Assembly (NCBI GenBank): GCA_001772055.1 | Contig: MERP01000029.1 | Coordinates: 1-38,740 of the forward strand | Source of the DNA: Betaproteobacteria bacterium RIFCSPLOWO2_12_FULL_68_19 | GTDB taxonomy: Bacteria > Pseudomonadota > Gammaproteobacteria > Burkholderiales > SG8-39 | DNA length: 38,740 bases | Reading direction: 5' to 3' | Shown: positions 22,157-33,922 of the stretch, in pieces | How positions within the stretch are numbered: position 1 is the first letter of the stretch | Layout: each line of letters starts with the position of its first letter | Program-made: the position numbers and the translations under genes | Notes under the pieces: model-generated | What the model was told of the DNA's origin: nothing | The model's database searches: none | Seen by the model: only the letters and a program-made list of their open reading frames with translations

Positions 22157-22612
22157 CTATTGCTTCTGCCGGAAGTTGTCGTGGCAGCCGCCGCAAGCCT
22201 TGCCCACGGCGCCGATCTGCGCTTTTACCGCGGCTTCGTCGCCGCCGCGGCCGAGCTGGTAGAGCTTCGCGGTCTCGTTCTCGAGGCGCGCGGCGGCCTC
22301 CTTGAACTTTGCGCTGTCGTTGTAGATCGCGGGCAACGCGCGCGACTTCTCGTTGCGCGTGCGGGGATCGAACCCGTCCCAGGCCATGCGGGTCAGGTTG
22401 TCGAGGAAGCCGGCGTTGCGCTGGACAACCTGCGCGTTGTACGGCAGCTTGCCCTGCGCCATCCCGGCGAGGGGTCCGAAATACTTTCCTTGCAGCGTCA
22501 TCACGGCCTGGCGCTGCTTGACCAGGACTTCGGGTTTCGCCTGCGCGAACGCGCCGGAGGCGACGCTTGCTCCGGCGACCAAGACGACTGCTGCCAACAG
22601 GCCTCTTCTCAT
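22157..22612 (-). CDS. Class II cytochrome c (c'/c556 family)
   Basis: Signal peptide ending AFA-Q, RQxxM near the N-terminus, single C-terminal CGGCH; RBS GAGGAG. Confidence 0.92.
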   Translation of the reverse strand: MRRGLLAAVVLVAGASVASGAFAQAKPEVLVKQRQAVMTLQGKYFGPLAGMAQGKLPYNAQVVQRNAGFLDNLTRMAWDGFDPRTRNEKSRALPAIYNDSAKFKEAAARLENETAKLYQLGRGGDEAAVKAQIGAVGKACGGCHDNFRQKQ

Positions 22613-22658
22613 CCGTTTCTCCTCGAGTTTGGTCGGCAGCGGGTCCGCCGCCTCGAGA

Positions 22659-22687
22659 ACTAACAGCCGCGGGCGCGGCTTTATTTC
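22659..22687 (-). promoter_or_regulatory. Putative ECF promoter GAAATA-N17-GTTAGT upstream of the class II cytochrome
   Basis: Same layout as 21255-21283; the spacer also contains the inverted repeat AGCCGCG/CGCGGCT. Confidence 0.45.
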
Positions 22688-22698
22688 ATTCCCGGAGC

Positions 22699-23319
22699 TC
22701 AGCGCAGCCCTGCGGCGTATTCGGCGACGGCCCGGATCTCGCCCTCGGTCATGCGCGCCGCGACGCCGCGCATCATGGCGTTGGGATCGTTCGCCCGCGC
22801 GCCCTCCTTGAAGGCCTTGAGCTGCGCGGCGATGTACTCGGCGAACTGGCCGGAGAGGCGCGGATACTGCGCCGGCATCCCCGCGCCGGCGGGCCCGTGG
22901 CAGCCGGCGCAGGCGGGCACGCCGCTCCCCGCCACGCCGCCGCGCCAGATCTTCTGGCCGAGCGAGGCGAGGTCCTTGTCCGCCGCGGCGGCGGGCTTGA
23001 GCTTCTGGGCGGAATAGTAGGCCGCAAGGCCCTTCAGGTCGGCCTCCGAGAGGCCCGCCACCATGCCGTTCATCACCGGGCTCGGACGCGCCGGCTTCTG
23101 GCCGGACCTGGCCTTGAAGTCGGAGAGTTGCTTATGCAGGTACTCCGGAATCTGGCCAGCGATCTTGGGGTTGGCCGCCGCAGCGCTGTTGCCGTCGGTA
23201 GCATGGCAGGCGGCACAGACCTGCGCGGCGATCTTCTGCGCGCCGGCGATGTCCTGGGCGAGCGCCTGCCCGGCCGACACGGCTGCGAATCCCGCGGCGA
23301 GCGCCAGTGCGCGCATCAT
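22699..23319 (-). CDS. Cytochrome c4 (diheme)
   Basis: Start ATG 23319 or 23316; CAACH, PKIAGQ, VPACAGCHG, YPRLSGQ; divergent from yihA. Confidence 0.93.
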   Translation of the reverse strand: MMRALALAAGFAAVSAGQALAQDIAGAQKIAAQVCAACHATDGNSAAAANPKIAGQIPEYLHKQLSDFKARSGQKPARPSPVMNGMVAGLSEADLKGLAAYYSAQKLKPAAAADKDLASLGQKIWRGGVAGSGVPACAGCHGPAGAGMPAQYPRLSGQFAEYIAAQLKAFKEGARANDPNAMMRGVAARMTEGEIRAVAEYAAGLR

Positions 23320-23373
23320 CTCCCTGCCCCCTAATGCGAAAGCCGCGATTTTATTAGAATTTCCGCCCCCGTC

Positions 23374-23973
23374 ATGAGGCTTCTTTCGCAAGCTGCCTTC
23401 CGCGCCTCCGCCGCGCGAGCGGCCGATCTGCTGCCCGAAGGCCCGCCCGAGATCGCGTTCGCGGGCCGCTCGAACGTCGGCAAGTCGAGCGCCATCAATG
23501 CGCTCGCCGGCCGCAAGCGCCTGGCGCGCACCAGCAAGACGCCCGGGCGGACGCAGACCATCAATTTCTACGACCTGGGCGAGCATGCCCGGCTGGTCGA
23601 CCTGCCGGGATACGGCTACGCGCGCGTGTCGCAGAGCCTGCGTGCCCAATGGGCCGAGCTGGTCGGGGCTTACTTGCGCTCGCGCAGCGCGCTCGCGGGC
23701 GTGGTGGTGGTCATGGACGCGCGCCATCCGCTCACGCCGCTCGACGTGCAGCTGCTCGACTGGCTCGGCGGCATCCGCACGCTCCTGCTGCTGTCGAAGG
23801 CCGACAAGCTTTCGCGCGCCGAACAGGCAGCGACCCTGAAAAGAGTAGGCACTTTGGTGCAGCCCGAGGCGCGGCTGTTCTCGAGCGTAACGCGGCAGGG
23901 CGTCGACGAATGTCGCGACCTGCTCGAGCGCTGGCTCGCCGAGCAGGCCGCAGGAATAAAAGGCCCCCGGTAA
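23374..23973 (+). CDS. yihA: Ribosome biogenesis GTPase YihA/YsxC/EngB
   Basis: GRSNVGKSS, SKTPGRT, DLPGYGY, SKADK. Confidence 0.96.
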   Translation: MRLLSQAAFRASAARAADLLPEGPPEIAFAGRSNVGKSSAINALAGRKRLARTSKTPGRTQTINFYDLGEHARLVDLPGYGYARVSQSLRAQWAELVGAYLRSRSALAGVVVVMDARHPLTPLDVQLLDWLGGIRTLLLLSKADKLSRAEQAATLKRVGTLVQPEARLFSSVTRQGVDECRDLLERWLAEQAAGIKGPR

Positions 23974-23993
23974 AGGGGATATAAACCGGGGGC
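23955..23993 (-). terminator. Intrinsic terminator of the sRNA
   Basis: Minus strand GCCCCCGGT-13 nt loop-ACCGGGGGC then CTTTTATT; overlaps the last codons of yihA. Confidence 0.8.
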
Positions 23994-24064
23994 GAAAAAG
24001 CCTTAATCTTTGGAATTAAGGCACCCGCTCAGGGAGGAGAAGCGGGAGACGATGAACATCGTCT
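23955..24064 (-). ncRNA. Structured small RNA, probably an anti-hemB RNA motif member
   Basis: Four consecutive hairpins, the last followed by a U-tract on the minus strand. Location upstream of and opposite to hemB matches the described betaproteobacterial anti-hemB motif. Not confirmed with a covariance model. Confidence 0.8.
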
Positions 24065-24069
24065 AAAGG

Positions 24070-26898
<2,829 letters not shown>

Positions 26899-26902
<4 letters not shown>

Positions 26903-27222
26903 TTCGTCGCGGCGGTTTCCGACGCAACCCAGTCCAGGTACGCGGGCAATCCCCGCTCGATTGGGACCGCGATGATCTCGGGGAGTTCGTAGGGATGGCC
27001 CTCGCGCAGCGCCTGCTCGAGCTCGGCGTAGCGCCCGGCCGTGGTCTTGATCAGCATCGGGTGCTCCTCGTCGTGCTGCACGGCGCCCTTCCAGCGGTAG
27101 ACCGAGCGGCACGGCGCGAGGATGTTGACGCAGGCCGCCAGGCCGCGCTCGAGCAGCAGCTCGGCGAGGCGCTCGGCGCTTGCGCGGTCGGGGAGGTTAG
27201 TGAACACCAGCAGCTTCTGCAT
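26899..27222 (-). CDS. cutA: Divalent-cation tolerance protein
   Basis: LAACVNI, SVYRWKG, HPYELPEII. Confidence 0.95.
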
Positions 27223-28022
27223 GGCGCAATCCCTCGTGGACGCTCGGGTAGAGCAGGCGCAGCCCGAGCACCTGCTTGAGCTTTCGGTTGTCGAGCCGCC
27301 GCGATTCCATCATGAACGAGCTCGGCTCCGGCATCTGCGCGCGCGCGAGCCGCGGCGGCCGCGCGAGCCCGCAGCGCTCGGCGACCAGGTCCATCCAGTC
27401 GCCCATGCGCAGCTCGCTGTCGTCGCACGCGTTGTAGATGCCGGCCGGCGCGTCGTCCTCGAGCGAGCGCACCAGCGCGGCCGCCAGATCATCGGCATGG
27501 ATGTGGCTGGTATACACGTCGTCCTCTGCGCGCAGCACCGGGGCCCGGGCGCGCAGGCGCGCCAGGGGCAGGCGCTCGGCGGCGTAGATGCCCGGCGCGC
27601 GCAGCACCACCAGCGCGGCGCCGCGCGCACTGCACCATAGTGCAAGCTGCCGCTCCGCATCGAGCCTGCGCTTGGCTCGTTCGGTCTGCGGCGCGGGCGG
27701 CCGCGACTCGTCGACCCGCTCGCCGGCGCAGTCGCCGTACACGCCGCTCGTGCTGACGTAGACCACGCGTGCCGGTAAAATGCGGCGCTTTTCGAGCGCC
27801 ACAAGCAGATGCGCGGTGCGCGGTGCGCGGGTCGCCCTCGCCGCTCGCCGGCGGAGGGGCGCAGTGCAGCAGCGCCTCGGCGCTCTCCAGTGCCAGGGTT
27901 TCGGGCCGGTCGAGGTCGAGGCCGAACCGCCTCCCGAGAGCCTGGACGGCGAATCGGCGCTCGAGCCGCGGAGCCGCACGGCGCGCGATGTCGCCGAAGC
28001 CGGCGATGAGCAGGCGTTTCAC
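27197..28022 (-). pseudogene. NAD-dependent epimerase/dehydratase (YeeZ-like atypical SDR), frameshifted as sequenced
   Basis: GTG 28022 gives KRLLIAGFGDIA...LLHCAPPP...DPRTAH in one frame; VVYVSTSGVYGD, LRAPGIY, HIHADDLA, ESRRLDNRK are in another. The switch is at a 7-bp triple repeat. Confidence 0.85.
27810..27830. repeat. Perfect 7-bp tandem repeat (TGCGCGG)x3
   Basis: Units at 27810-27816, 27817-27823, 27824-27830. Confidence 0.95.
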
Positions 28023-28028
28023 CGCACC

Positions 28029-28035
28029 TATTCTA
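28029..28035. promoter_or_regulatory. Putative bidirectional overlapping -10 element (TATTCTA)
   Basis: TATTCT on plus, 6 nt before ATG 28041; TAGAAT on minus, 7 nt before GTG 28022. Confidence 0.6.
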
Positions 28036-28040
28036 GCGAG

Positions 28041-29059
28041 ATGCCCACAGTCACCCTTCAGCCGAGCGGTCAGCAGTTCCAGGTCGAGGACGGCGAGTCG
28101 ATCCTCGCCGCTGCCCTGCGCCAGAATCTCATCCTGCCCTACGGCTGCCGCAACGGCGCCTGCGGCAGCTGCAAGGGCAAGCTGCTCGAGGGCCGCGTCG
28201 ACTATGGCGTGTACCAGAGGAAGGCGCTCTCCGACGAGGAAAAGGCGCAGGGCAAGGCGCTGTTCTGCCAGGCGAGGCCGCTCGACGACGTGGTAATCGA
28301 GGCGCGCGCGGTGAGCGCGGCCGGGGGCATCGTAGTGAAGACGCTGCCGTGCCGGGTGCAGAAGATGGAGCGCCTGGCCGACGACGTGATGGTGCTCCAT
28401 CTCAAGCTCCCGGCGAACGAGCGGCTCAAGTTCCTTGCCGGCCAGTTCATCGAGTTCCGGCTGAAGGACGGAACGCGTCGCAGCTTCTCCATTGCCGCCC
28501 CGCCCCACGACGCCGAGCTCATCGAGCTGCACGTGCGCCATGTCGCCGGCGGGCAGTTCACCGATCACGTCTTCGGACGCATGAAAGAGCGCGACATCCT
28601 GCGCTTCGAGGGGCCGCTCGGCGTGTTCTTCCTGCGCGAGGAATCGGCAAGGCCGATCGTGCTGGTAGCCTCGGGCACCGGCTTCGCGCCGATCAAGGCA
28701 CTGATCGAGGACGCGCTGCATCGCGGCATCGCGCGGCCGATGACGCTCTACTGGGGCGGGCGGCGGCCGAAGGACTTGTACATGAACGAGCTCGCGCTCA
28801 AGTGGGCGGCCGAGCGTCCGCCGCAGCTCCGCTACGTGCCGGTGATCTCCGACGCCCTGCCCGAAGACGCCTGGGCCGGGCGCACGGGCTTCGTGCACCG
28901 CGCCGTGATGCAGGACTTCCCCGACCTCTCGGGCCATCAGGTCTACGCCTGCGGCGTGCCGATCATGGTCGACTCGGCCAGGAAGGACTTCACCACCGTG
29001 TGCGGGCTGCCGGAGGAGGAGTTCTTCGCCGACAGCTTCACCACCCAGGCCGACCTCGC

Positions 29060-29084
<25 letters not shown>
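28041..29084 (+). CDS. 2Fe-2S/FAD/NAD(P)H oxidoreductase (AscD/RfbI-like, usually annotated CDP-6-deoxy-delta-3,4-glucoseen reductase)
   Basis: PYGCRNGACGSC...LFC, RRSFSIA, GGQFT, ASGTGFAP, YACG. Confidence 0.9.
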
Positions 29085-29750
<666 letters not shown>

Positions 29751-29758
<8 letters not shown>

Positions 29759-30515
29759 GCGCGACGCCGAGGTAGGCCTCGATGACCCTGGGATCCTGCT
29801 GCACCTCGGCGGGAGACCCCTCCGCGATCTTCTCGCCGTAATCGAGCACCATCACCCGGTCGCACACGTTCATCACCAGCCGCACGTCGTGCTCGATGAG
29901 CAGCACGGTCATGCCGCCGTCGCGGATGGCACGGATCAGCCTGCCGAGGGCCTGGCGCTCGGTCGGATTCATGCCGGCGGCGGGCTCGTCGAGCGCAAGC
30001 AGCTGCGGGTCCGTGGCGAGCGCGCGCGCGATCTCCAGGCGGCGCTGGTCGCCGTAGGGCAGGCTGCCGGCAGGATCGTTCGCGCGCGCGCGGATGCCGA
30101 CGTAGTCGAGCAGCTCCAGGGCGCGGCGCTCGATGTCCCGCTCCTCGGCGATGGTCCTCCTGCTCCTCAGGATCGCCCCCAGCACCCCGGTGCGCGTGCG
30201 CGCATGCCTGCCGATCATCACGTTCTCGAGCGACGACAGGTTGGCGAACAGGCGGATGTTCTGGAAGGTGCGCGCGATGCCCGCCCTCGCGACCTGGTCG
30301 GGCTTGAGACCGGTGATGGGGCGCCCGAGGAAGGCGAAGGAACCCTGCTCGGGCGGGTAGATGCCGGTGAGCACGTTGAAGAGCGTCGTCTTGCCCGCGC
30401 CGTTCGGGCCGATCAGGCCGTAGATCTCGCCCGGCGCAATCGCGAACGAGACCTGGTCGAGCGCCTGCACCCCGCCGAAGCGCTTGGCGATCCGCTCGAC
30501 GACGAGCAGCGTCAC
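29751..30515 (-). CDS. livG: Branched-chain amino acid ABC transporter ATPase
   Basis: GTG 30515; KRFGG, GPNGAGKTT, RTFQNIRLF, LPYGDQRRLEIARAL, DEPAAG. Confidence 0.93.
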
Positions 30516-31588
30516 GCGGCGCGCTCGGCGAGCTCGCGCTTCCTGACCGCGGAGGGCAGGAGGCCGGCAGGACGGAACAGCATGATCAGCACCAGCGCCA
30601 GGCCGAACAGCAGCATGCGGATCACCTCCGGCTCGACCAGCATGCGGCCGAACAGCGCCTGCTGCAGCGGCTCGACCGTCCAGCGCAGGATCTCGGGCAC
30701 GAACGAGAGCAGCAGCGCGCCGAGGATCACGCCCCAGATGTTGCCCATGCCGCCGAGCACCACCATCGATACCACCATGATCGATTCGACCAGCACGAAG
30801 CTCTCGGGCGAGATGAAGCCCTGAATGGCGGAGAACATGCCGCCCGCAACGCCGCCGAAGCTTGCCCCCATGGCGAAGGCGAGCAGCTTCAGGTTGCGCG
30901 TGTCGATGCCCATGGCGCGCGCCGCGATCTCGTCCTCGCGGATCGCTTCCCAGGCGCGCCCGACGCGCGAGTTCTGCAGCCGCAGGTTGACCACGATGAT
31001 GCCTAGCGCGACCGCGAGCAGCAGGTAGTAGTACCTGATCGGTCCGCTGACCTCCAAACCAAAAAGGCTCCCGTAGTGCCCGAAGTCGAAGCCGTCGAGC
31101 TTGAAAGAGTCGATGCGCGTGATGCCCTGCGGCCCGTTGGTGATGTTCACCGGCCGCGACAGGTTGTTGAGGAAGATGCGCACGATCTCGCCGAATCCGA
31201 GCGTGACGATGGCGAGGTAGTCGCCGCGCAGCTTGAGCGTCGGCGCCCCGAGCAGCACCCCGAACAGCGCCGCGACCGCCGCGCCGATGGGCAGGATCAC
31301 CCAGAACGGCAGGTGCAGGTCGAATTGCGGGCTCGCGAGCAGCGCGTAGGTGTAGGCGCCCACGGCGTAGAACGCTATGTACCCCAGGTCGAGCAGCCCC
31401 GCGAAGCCGACCACGATGTTCAGTCCCAGGGCGAGCAGGACGTACAGGATCGCGTAATTCGTGATGCGCACCCAGGTGGTGCCGACCTGCGCCAGCGCGA
31501 AGGGCAGCACGGCGAGCGAAACGGCGATGAGCGCGAATCCGACCCACACCAGCCAGGGATATCTGCGCGTGTCGAAAAAGCTCTGCAT
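30512..31588 (-). CDS. livM: Branched-chain amino acid ABC transporter permease
   Basis: GLNIVVGFAGLLDLGY, LRGDYLAIVTLGFGEI, AIREDE. Confidence 0.93.
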   Translation of the reverse strand: MQSFFDTRRYPWLVWVGFALIAVSLAVLPFALAQVGTTWVRITNYAILYVLLALGLNIVVGFAGLLDLGYIAFYAVGAYTYALLASPQFDLHLPFWVILPIGAAVAALFGVLLGAPTLKLRGDYLAIVTLGFGEIVRIFLNNLSRPVNITNGPQGITRIDSFKLDGFDFGHYGSLFGLEVSGPIRYYYLLLAVALGIIVVNLRLQNSRVGRAWEAIREDEIAARAMGIDTRNLKLLAFAMGASFGGVAGGMFSAIQGFISPESFVLVESIMVVSMVVLGGMGNIWGVILGALLLSFVPEILRWTVEPLQQALFGRMLVEPEVIRMLLFGLALVLIMLFRPAGLLPSAVRKRELAERAA

Positions 31589-32571
31589 CAGGCGCGCTCA
31601 CCGACGCGTTCGCCGAGCAGACCCGAAGGCCGGATCACCAGCACCAGGATCAGCACCACGAAGGCAAACACGTCCTGATAGTTCGAGCCGAAGAGAATGA
31701 AGTGGCCGCCGCCCGCGCAGGCGTCGATGAGGCCCGAGAGCCACCCGTACTGGCAAAGATCGGTGAGGTCGCCGATGTAGCCTGCGCCGAGCGCCTCCAC
31801 CAGGCCGAGCAGCACCCCGCCCAGCATTGCGCCGGGGATGTTGCCGATGCCGCCGAGCACCGCGGCCGAGAACGCCTTCAGGCCGAGGACGGAGCCCATG
31901 GTGTACTGCGCGATGCCGTAGTACGTGCCGAACAGCACGCCCGCCACCGCACCCAGGGCCGCGCCGATGACGAAAGTGGCGGCGATGACGCGGTTCACGT
32001 CGATGCCCATCAGGCCGGCGACCTGCGGGTTCTGCGCCGTGGCGCGCATCGCGGTGCCGAGCGGCGTGCGATACACGAGCAGCGCAAGGGCTCCCATCAG
32101 CAGGACGCAGATGCCGAGGATCGCGATCTGCACCGTGGTGATCGCCGCACCGGCGATGAAGTAGGTGCGCGATTCGATGATCTGCGGGAACGCCATGATG
32201 TTGCGGCTCCAGATCATGAGCGCGAGGTGCTGCAGGATGATCGAGACGCCGATCGCCGTGATCAGCGGCGCAAGGCGGGGCGCGCCGCGCAGCGGTCGAT
32301 AGGCGAGCCGCTCCATCGAGTAGCCGACCAGCATGCACACCGGCACCGCGCAGCCGGTGCCGATCAGCACCACCGCGAGCGGCGGCAGGCCCGAAGGCGC
32401 GAGCGCGTTGATCACCGTGAAGGCCACCATCGCGCCGATCATCACCACCTCGCCGTGCGCGAAGTTGATGAGCTGGATGATGCCGTACACCATGGTATAG
32501 CCCAGCGCCACCACGGCGTAGACGCTGCCCGCGGTGAGGCCGTTGATGAGCTGCTGCAGAAACGTATCCAC
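31588..32571 (-). CDS. livH: Branched-chain amino acid ABC transporter permease
   Basis: QQLINGL, ALGYTMVYGII.LINFAHGE, KAFSAAVLGGIG, RPSGLLG. Confidence 0.93.
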   Translation of the reverse strand: MDTFLQQLINGLTAGSVYAVVALGYTMVYGIIQLINFAHGEVVMIGAMVAFTVINALAPSGLPPLAVVLIGTGCAVPVCMLVGYSMERLAYRPLRGAPRLAPLITAIGVSIILQHLALMIWSRNIMAFPQIIESRTYFIAGAAITTVQIAILGICVLLMGALALLVYRTPLGTAMRATAQNPQVAGLMGIDVNRVIAATFVIGAALGAVAGVLFGTYYGIAQYTMGSVLGLKAFSAAVLGGIGNIPGAMLGGVLLGLVEALGAGYIGDLTDLCQYGWLSGLIDACAGGGHFILFGSNYQDVFAFVVLILVLVIRPSGLLGERVGERA

Positions 32572-32589
32572 GGCCGGCTAGCCTAAACC

Positions 32590-32623
32590 AAAAACAAAAA
32601 CGGCACCCCTCGGGTGCCGTTTT
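32590..32623. terminator. Intrinsic, potentially bidirectional terminator between livK and livH
   Basis: AAAACGGCACCC-CTC-GGGTGCCGTTTT; longer U-tract (TTTTTGTTTTT) on the minus strand. Confidence 0.85.
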
Positions 32624-32640
32624 CGTCGCGGCGCGAGGCG

Positions 32641-33846
32641 CTACTTGCCGCCCATGCTCTTCACGAACTCCTCGTAGGGCACCGTCTTGCCGCTCTTCAC
32701 CACCGCGATCGGCTCGATCTTGCCCCCCTTCATGGTGAAGATGGTGATCTCGGCGTCCTTGCGGTCGCCCTTGTCGTCGAAAGCGATCGGCCCGGTGGCG
32801 CCGGTAAAGCCGCTGATCTTCTGCAGCTCCGGCAGGTACTTCTGCGGCTCGGCCGAGTCGGCCTTCTTCATCGCCTCGATCAGCAGGTTGGCCGCGTCAT
32901 AGGTAAACGGCGCATAGAGGATCGGGTCGGTGTTGAACTTCTTCTTGTAGGCCTCGAGGAACTTCTTGGAAGCCGCCTGCGGCGGGATGCCGGCCTGCGA
33001 GCACAGCAGCCCTTCGGCCGCCTTGCCCGCGAGCTCGGTCATCTTGTCGGTGCAGGCGCCGTCGCCGAAGGAGAACACCGCCTTCATGCCGAGCTCGCGC
33101 CCCTGCTTGAGCAGCGGCCCGCCGGTCGCGTCCATGCCGCCGAAGAAGACCGCGTCTGGGCTGCGTCCGCGCAGCTTGGTGAGCACCGCCTTCCAGTCGG
33201 TCGTCTTGTCGGTGCCTTTCTCGCGCGGCAGCACCTTGATGTTGGCCGCCTTGAGCGTTTTCTCCACCTCGTTGGCGATGCCTTCGCCGTAGGCCGTGGC
33301 GTCGTCGATCACCGCCACCAGCTTCGGCTTCTTCGCGGCTGCCAGGTAGCTCGCGATCGCGGGCCCCTGCTGGTCGTCGCGCCCGACCACGCGGAACACG
33401 TTCTTGAACCCCTGCTCGGTGAGCTTGGGATTGGTGGCCGAGCCGCTGACCATCGGGATGCCGGCCTGGTTGTAGATCGCCGAGGCCGGGATGGTGACGC
33501 CCGAGTTGAGGTGGCCGACGACCCCGCTCACCTTGTCATCGACCAGCTTCTGCGCCACGGTGGTGCCGGTCTTCGGATCGGCTTGATCGTCGACGCCGAT
33601 GAACACGAACTTCGCCGCCTGCCCGCCGATCTTGATTCCCGCCTCGTTCGCCTCGTCGATGGCAAGCTTCGCGCCGTTCTCGTTGTCCTTGCCGAGGTGC
33701 GCGATCGCGCCGGTGGTCGGACCCGCGTGGCCGATGCGGATCTCGATGCCCGAGGCCTGGGGCGCCGCAGGCTTCTGCTGCTCGCCGCAGCCGGCAAGCG
33801 CCAGCGCGCCGGCGATCAGGGTGATGCCTACCGTGGTCTTGTTCAT
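32641..33846 (-). CDS. livK: Branched-chain amino acid ABC transporter substrate-binding lipoprotein (LivJ/LivK family)
   Basis: Lipobox LAGC, AHLGKDNENGA, DDQADPK, GHLNSG, FRVVGRDDQQG. Confidence 0.92.
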   Translation of the reverse strand: MNKTTVGITLIAGALALAGCGEQQKPAAPQASGIEIRIGHAGPTTGAIAHLGKDNENGAKLAIDEANEAGIKIGGQAAKFVFIGVDDQADPKTGTTVAQKLVDDKVSGVVGHLNSGVTIPASAIYNQAGIPMVSGSATNPKLTEQGFKNVFRVVGRDDQQGPAIASYLAAAKKPKLVAVIDDATAYGEGIANEVEKTLKAANIKVLPREKGTDKTTDWKAVLTKLRGRSPDAVFFGGMDATGGPLLKQGRELGMKAVFSFGDGACTDKMTELAGKAAEGLLCSQAGIPPQAASKKFLEAYKKKFNTDPILYAPFTYDAANLLIEAMKKADSAEPQKYLPELQKISGFTGATGPIAFDDKGDRKDAEITIFTMKGGKIEPIAVVKSGKTVPYEEFVKSMGGK

Positions 33847-33922
33847 GGGGTCTCCCGGGGTTCCTTGTGGGGGCGATATCTTACGCGTAGCCGCGCCCCT
33901 TTTTCTATCTCCGCGCGGCTCT

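Noticed and set aside
14434-22612. Prophage or mobile island
   Set aside because: No integrase, transposase, att-like repeats or tRNA; the genes are tightly coupled to the backbone.
23972-24040. Pairing of the sRNA C/U loops with the AGGGA repeats of the pilM leader
   Set aside because: Only about 5-6 nt of contiguous complementarity, typical of any RBS; not supportable without energy and conservation analysis.
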